From Promethearchaeota archaeon (GTDB lineage Archaea > Asgardarchaeota > Lokiarchaeia > Sigyniarchaeales > SOKP01), in the NCBI GenBank assembly GCA_008080735.1, contig SHMW01000064.1:1-21777 (forward strand): DNA of 21,777 bases, in the 5' to 3' direction. A model generated the notes under the pieces. The model did no database searches. It was not told where the DNA came from and was given only the letters and a program-made list of their open reading frames with translations. The number at the start of each line of letters is the position of its first letter. The stretch's first letter is position 1. A program made the translations under genes and the position numbers. Positions 17,804-21,777 of the stretch are shown here, piece after piece.

Positions 17804-17956
17804 ATGTCTAGTGAAAATTCCACACCCGAATTTGTGAGATGTGATGTGAAAAACTGTCAAAAAAAAATCAGAAAAGATAATGCCATTAAAGTAGGAGAAC
17901 ATTATTTTTGTAAAGTATGCGGAGTAGCCTATATCCGCGAACAACTTAATATATAA
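17804..17956 (+). CDS. Small Cys4 zinc-finger protein (50 aa), not in the ORF track
   Basis: MSSENSTPEFVRCDVKNCQKKIRKDNAIKVGEHYFCKVCGVAYIREQLNI*: C-x4-C-x17-C-x2-C, treble-clef (TRASH/LIM-half)-like spacing with YFC. Confidence 0.75.
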   Translation: MSSENSTPEFVRCDVKNCQKKIRKDNAIKVGEHYFCKVCGVAYIREQLNI

Positions 17957-18054
17957 GGGATTTTGATTTTCTAATCGAATAGATTAGGTATTTAAAAGCT
18001 TATTTATACCTATAATATAATCAATTTATCTAATCAAAATTTACACACGGAATC

Positions 18055-18942
18055 ATGAAAGATCAGGTTATTAACCCCGAAAATATTCCAACTAAAGAAG
18101 AGATTGAAGAATATATTTCTACTATCGAAAATACCTATTTTCATAAAAACATCATCTATAATGCGTTAAATATCGTTGAATCCCTTTCCGAGGTCGAAGC
18201 GGCGTTTCTTATGGGATCAATTTCAGAGGGGACGGGGGATATCTTTTCGGATATCGATTTTTTTTTGATGTTAGAAGACGGCAAAGATTATTCGAAAGTG
18301 CAAGAATCATTTCTATCCGAAATTGACAAATTAGGAGAGGTCATTCATATCTTCCAATCGAATGCCAAAAAAAATAGCACCATTATTTATTTAAAGCCGT
18401 TTATTAAATTCGAATTGGTTGTTGAAAGCTTTTCCAAACTCAGCGCTGAATGGAGAATCGGGAAGAGGGGCTCGCTATTATACGATAAAAATGGATTGGG
18501 AAAGGAAGCTATTGAAGAATCTAAAAAATTAGAATTTGAGTTTGAAGATCATCTGGATGAGATTAGAAATGTGGCATTGGAACTTCCAAGCTTCTGTTTT
18601 TTGATAGCAGGGTATATGACACGGGAGGAGTATATTACCACAATAGATTTTGTCGCTTGGATACGCCGTAAATTACTGCGGATTAGTGGATTTCTACTTG
18701 GTATACGAGACGAGGGAACTCGTAGGGCAGAACAACGTTTTCCAAAGGAATTAGTCGAGTTTTATAACAAATGTAGGGTTCGTAAAAACGATGATGTATG
18801 GGATTGTTTAAATATGTTTTTAGAATGGTATTCTGAATGGCTAGTCCCACATTTCGAGAATAAGAACATTATCCACGCCGGAGAGGAAGTGCCTGTGATT
18901 AAAGCAGCAATCAAAAAGCTGCGAAATGGCCACTTTCATTAA
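18055..18942 (+). CDS. Nucleotidyltransferase (Pol-beta superfamily; lincosamide/aminoglycoside adenylyltransferase-like architecture)
   Basis: AFLMGSISEGTGDIFSDIDF (GS-x10-DxD), followed by a helical C-terminal domain with RRAEQRFP. Confidence 0.8.
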   Translation: MKDQVINPENIPTKEEIEEYISTIENTYFHKNIIYNALNIVESLSEVEAAFLMGSISEGTGDIFSDIDFFLMLEDGKDYSKVQESFLSEIDKLGEVIHIFQSNAKKNSTIIYLKPFIKFELVVESFSKLSAEWRIGKRGSLLYDKNGLGKEAIEESKKLEFEFEDHLDEIRNVALELPSFCFLIAGYMTREEYITTIDFVAWIRRKLLRISGFLLGIRDEGTRRAEQRFPKELVEFYNKCRVRKNDDVWDCLNMFLEWYSEWLVPHFENKNIIHAGEEVPVIKAAIKKLRNGHFH

Positions 18943-19025
18943 ATATAACTCTCTAATTCCTTTATTTTTAGAATATTAGAAAAAAGGCTTTATTATTGCG
19001 AAGATTTTTCTACTCGTGAATTAAG

Positions 19026-19577
19026 ATGGAGTGGTTTACTGCGGATTATCACCTTTCACACAAGAATATCATTCGCTATGTAAATAGACCGTTTGAGAAT
19101 GCAGAGGTGATGAATGATGTTATTCTGAGCAATTTAGAGTTAAGCGTGGATAAAGGTGATGTGGTGTATTATTTGGGCGATTTGACGTTTAAAAAAAAGG
19201 TCGCGCTGCAGTTCTTTGAGCGCTTTCGAAACCTCGAGACTCATTATATCATCGGCAACCACGACAAAGAAGAGATAATTACCATCGCGAAAAAGTATTG
19301 TAAAAGTGTGTCTTACCTGAAAGATATCAAACTAAACGGTCGTAATATAACGCTTTGTCATTATGCAATGCGCGTATGGAATAAAAGTCATTGTAATGCG
19401 TGGCAGTTATACGGTCATTCCCACGGGAATCTCGCCCCCGTTGGAAAACAATTTGATGTAGGGGTGGATTCCAATGAGTTTAAACCCGTTTCGATAACTC
19501 AGATTGAGAAAATAATGGAAAAGGCACCAAATAATATGAATTACATTCCTCCCGAAAAACGGCAGTCAAAACGGTAA
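19026..19577 (+). CDS. Small calcineurin-like phosphoesterase (COG4186-like, common in phages and RNA-repair loci)
   Basis: WFTADYHLSHKNI, YYLGD, GNHD, LCHY, LYGHSH, DVGVD. Confidence 0.88.
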   Translation: MEWFTADYHLSHKNIIRYVNRPFENAEVMNDVILSNLELSVDKGDVVYYLGDLTFKKKVALQFFERFRNLETHYIIGNHDKEEIITIAKKYCKSVSYLKDIKLNGRNITLCHYAMRVWNKSHCNAWQLYGHSHGNLAPVGKQFDVGVDSNEFKPVSITQIEKIMEKAPNNMNYIPPEKRQSKR

Positions 19578-19725
19578 GGTTTCCCAATTTCACTAAAAAG
19601 TCCACCATTTTAGATAAGGTTGATTTGGTTTGTAAATTTTTTATGGTAGTATATGTTAATATTCTTATGCTCTAGATCTTTTTGATGGACCCGTGGCCCA
19701 GACTGGATAAGGCAGCGCCCTCCTA

Positions 19726-19742
19726 AGGTGAGCACCTGAGAA
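19726..19742 (+). other. tRNA intron 1 at canonical position 37/38 (17 nt)
   Basis: AGGTGAGCACCTGAGAA. Removal restores the CT-CCT-AA loop. Relaxed BHB (CTCC/TGAG with one mismatch, internal GGT/ACC stem). Confidence 0.85.
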
Positions 19743-19764
19743 AGGCGAAGACCGGGAGTTCAAA

Positions 19765-19798
19765 TTGACGCTTCACTCATTTCGAGTTGTCATGTAAA
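19765..19798 (+). other. tRNA intron 2 at non-canonical position 59/60 in the T-loop (34 nt)
   Basis: BHB: TTCA/TGTA central helix (one U-U mismatch), two AAT bulges, outer TGAC/GTCA stem, inner ACTC/GAGT hairpin. Removal restores TTCAAAT. Confidence 0.82.
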
Positions 19799-19875
19799 TC
19801 TCCCCGGGTCCGCTATTTCTTATTTACCAAATTAAATCCAATTGAAAATGGTGATTGGTATAATATAGCTTAAGT

Positions 19876-20334
19876 CTAAAAAAGAAGGTCCTTAAACCTA
19901 TCTTTTACGGATAACTTCAGATCTTTAATTAACGCGTCCACCCGAGGTTTAAATTCACTAAAATAATCGGAATTCTTAGTAAAGATATCATAAATCGCAA
20001 ATCGGTTTGTAAATTGATTTAAAACATTCTCAAGCAAGGGTTTTAACACTTTCTCCTCTTTTTCCTCATCTGTTATGCAATAGCCTATGAGTGCCTTTTT
20101 TTCTTTCGGCTCGGTAAACGTTTCAATCGATTTACTGAAGATTACCATCTGATAATCTTCCATTTTAACTAAGTTGAGATCGCCACCAAATAAATCCTTC
20201 GAAAATTCGTCTAAAGTTGAAATGAAGCCTGCTCTGAGGTCGGCATCAATACTCTGATCGTTCTCAGAAGAATAATATTTAATTAATAAGAGGTTCTTCT
20301 GCCCTAAATTGATACCGAATTCTAAAATCGTCAT
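19876..20334 (-). CDS. Longin-like domain protein (Asgard type)
   Basis: DADLRAGFISTLDEFSKDLFGGDLNLVKMEDYQMVI...LIGYCITD...LLENVLNQFTNRF...FSEFKPRVDALI follows the longin b-b-a-b-b-b-a-a pattern. Confidence 0.75.
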   Translation of the reverse strand: MTILEFGINLGQKNLLLIKYYSSENDQSIDADLRAGFISTLDEFSKDLFGGDLNLVKMEDYQMVIFSKSIETFTEPKEKKALIGYCITDEEKEEKVLKPLLENVLNQFTNRFAIYDIFTKNSDYFSEFKPRVDALIKDLKLSVKDRFKDLLF

Positions 20335-20724
20335 AATACAAATTCACAACTGGTGACTGAAGTCTATTTGTTTAAAGGATATATATTTTTAAAAATTTAG
20401 TAAAAATTATTTATATTAGATCTAGATATAATATGCGACTAAATATATCTTTTGGACATGTTTGTAGGGATCGAATCCCGTCTAAAGGCTCCCGAATTGT
20501 CTCAGCTACTTTTTTTGATATTTTAGTTTAGTATTATTCGATTATATCTAATGGAAAGTATTCAAACTAAGTATAAATAGGTTATTAATAATGTAGATAG
20601 GCAGTTTGGATAAGAAAAGCTGTCCTAAATGTGTCTTATAACTCATAACTCCGCATTTATAAATAGAACTAAGATTCCACGATATTTTGGTAAGATTGAA
20701 GACTTCTCAGAGCTTCAAGTACAA

Positions 20725-21225
20725 TTAGAGAGCTCTCTGCTCGAAGAAGTCCTCTACATCTTCTATGAATTTCATGATTCCTCGATCAAAATGCCTGGTT
20801 AATGCATCTAAGTCCCGAAAATCAGGATTCTCGACTAAGATATGCTCTATAATCGAATCGATTCCTTCTAAGCTCGATGGGATTCGATATTTCTCCCAGC
20901 CGTTTTTCCGAATCATATCCCAATATTTTTTCTGGATGCTCTTGTTGTACCCTGCTAACCATACCTCAAATCTGAACTCCTCGTGAAGAAATACCAGCGC
21001 GACTCTCAATTTTCGCGTTTTCAAGAAGGGCGGGTTGAGCGCAAAATAGGTCATATCCATATATCCAAAATAGATATTGCCAGTGACGGCATAGTCCGGA
21101 TATTTGCTTTTAAAATGGGAGCGCAGGGACCCCATATACTCCATTAACCCTCGATATGCGTTCTGGATTATCCCTTTCTGCAGCTGGGCTTTATATTCCA
21201 GCATACTCTCATGAAATGATACCAT
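20725..21225 (-). CDS. Conserved hypothetical protein (DUF7000-like as recalled; unverified)
   Basis: YxGYMDMTYF...LRVALVFLHEEFRFEVWLAGYNKSIQKKYW motif, familiar from bacterial and archaeal hypothetical proteins. Confidence 0.75.
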   Translation of the reverse strand: MVSFHESMLEYKAQLQKGIIQNAYRGLMEYMGSLRSHFKSKYPDYAVTGNIYFGYMDMTYFALNPPFLKTRKLRVALVFLHEEFRFEVWLAGYNKSIQKKYWDMIRKNGWEKYRIPSSLEGIDSIIEHILVENPDFRDLDALTRHFDRGIMKFIEDVEDFFEQRAL

Positions 21226-21293
21226 AATATAAGGATATGTGCGATCTTGATTAAATCTATTTATAGTCGAAAAGCGCTATAAAAAAAATTCCA

Positions 21294-21556
21294 CTATATA
21301 TTTTTTTTTTGAAGCTATATTCTTTGTCTTTCCAACATCTCCTGGAAATCGCTCTCTGGTGATATCATCTATTTCAATCTTCTTTCTGAAGCTATATTCT
21401 TTGTCTTCTCAGTCTGAATTTCTAGGCGGGTTACTAAGCCTTATTATTTCAATCTTCTTTCTGAAGCTATATTCTTTGTCTTAGTAAAGAAGCCGACTTG
21501 GGAAGAATTGGAAACAAAAATTTCAATCTTCTTTCTGAATTTAAACCAAATTGAAT
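21294..21556 (-). CRISPR. CRISPR mini-array: two full 37-nt repeats, two half-conserved terminal repeats, three spacers
   Basis: Full repeats ATTTCAATCTTCTTTCTGAAGCTATATTCTTTGTCTT at 21371-21407 and 21446-21482. Partial copies at 21310-21330 and 21520-21539. Unique spacers of 40, 38 and 37 nt. On the minus strand the repeat ends CTTC-AGAAA-GAAG-ATTGAAAT (hairpin plus 8-nt handle). Confidence 0.9.
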
Positions 21557-21777
21557 ACAAAATAATAATTTATTATTTATCTAGTAATAGTATTTAATTC
21601 TTTAAACAATAAAACTTCACTAAAAATATCATTAATAAGATCTTAACATTATTCCAAATAATTGGAAAAGTTGACAAATAAGGTAAACACATTTAAGAAT
21701 ACCTCAATTTTCGATTGTTGCTAAAATAAAATTAAACAAATTTATTTTTAATCTATTATGTTTAAGTCCATTCAAAA
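21557..21777 (-). promoter_or_regulatory. Probable CRISPR leader
   Basis: Very AT-rich, no ORF in the track, located 5' of the array in the ATTGAAAT-3' orientation. Confidence 0.55.

Larger units (their letters stand above)
19687..19812 (+). tRNA. tRNA-Arg(CCU) with two introns; CCA not encoded
   Basis: Acceptor GGACCCG/CGGGTCC plus G73, D arm GCC/GGC with GG, anticodon CCT at 19722-24, T arm GGGAG-TTCAAAT-CTCCC after intron removal. Confidence 0.93.

Noticed and set aside
17750-17944. 64-aa minus-strand ORF, considered as rpl37e or another Sm-linked gene
   Set aside because: No L37e Cys/Arg pattern. It is the shadow of the + strand zinc-finger ORF 17804..17956.
18055-18942. Calling the NTase an antibiotic-resistance gene (lnu/aad)
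   Set aside because: Only the superfamily motif and architecture are visible. Substrate cannot be inferred from the sequence.
3422-20986. Numerous short ORFs nested in or antisense to long genes (e.g. 3422..3661, 4712..5065, 7146..7529, 10301..10528, 13118..13324, 15499..15750, 20765..20986)
   Set aside because: They overlap well-supported genes and have no recognisable motifs, so they are treated as shadow ORFs.
21294-21556. Alternative reading as a TIGR-like array or simple tandem repeat
   Set aside because: Units of ~74-77 nt with a single 37-40 nt unique spacer and an ATTGAAAT handle fit a CRISPR array. There are no box C/D-like motifs or dual short spacers.
19790-21777. tRNA as the integration site of a mobile element carrying the mini-array
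   Set aside because: No integrase and no duplicate of the tRNA 3' end seen in the window. The adjacent longin gene looks native.

Overview
AT-rich archaeal chromosomal window, most likely from an Asgard archaeon (Lokiarchaeia-like). This is inferred from the archaeal FEN1, RPA, Sua5, IOR and Sm genes, a BHB-intron tRNA, and roadblock, small-GTPase and longin genes. It contains a divergent FEN1, an RPA-like OB-fold gene, sua5, an mglB-mglA-like roadblock/GTPase pair, a Whirly/PC4-like candidate ssDNA-binding protein, and two unrelated Pol-beta-superfamily nucleotidyltransferases. It also has iorA and iorB split by an antisense ICMT-family gene, two calcineurin-like phosphoesterases, an Sm/Lsm gene and a longin-like protein. 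Elements absent from the ORF track: (i) a tRNA-Arg(CCU) with two BHB introns (37/38 and 59/60); (ii) a 3-spacer CRISPR mini-array with half-degenerate repeats at both ends and no cas gene in the window; (iii) a ~120-nt highly structured intergenic element between a TATA box and a T-rich tract (candidate novel ncRNA) whose opposite strand reads ATG-AAA-(AGG)x4; (iv) a 50-aa Cys4 zinc-finger ORF; (v) a small tRNA-minihelix-like hairpin. All family assignments come from motif recognition by eye, not database searches.
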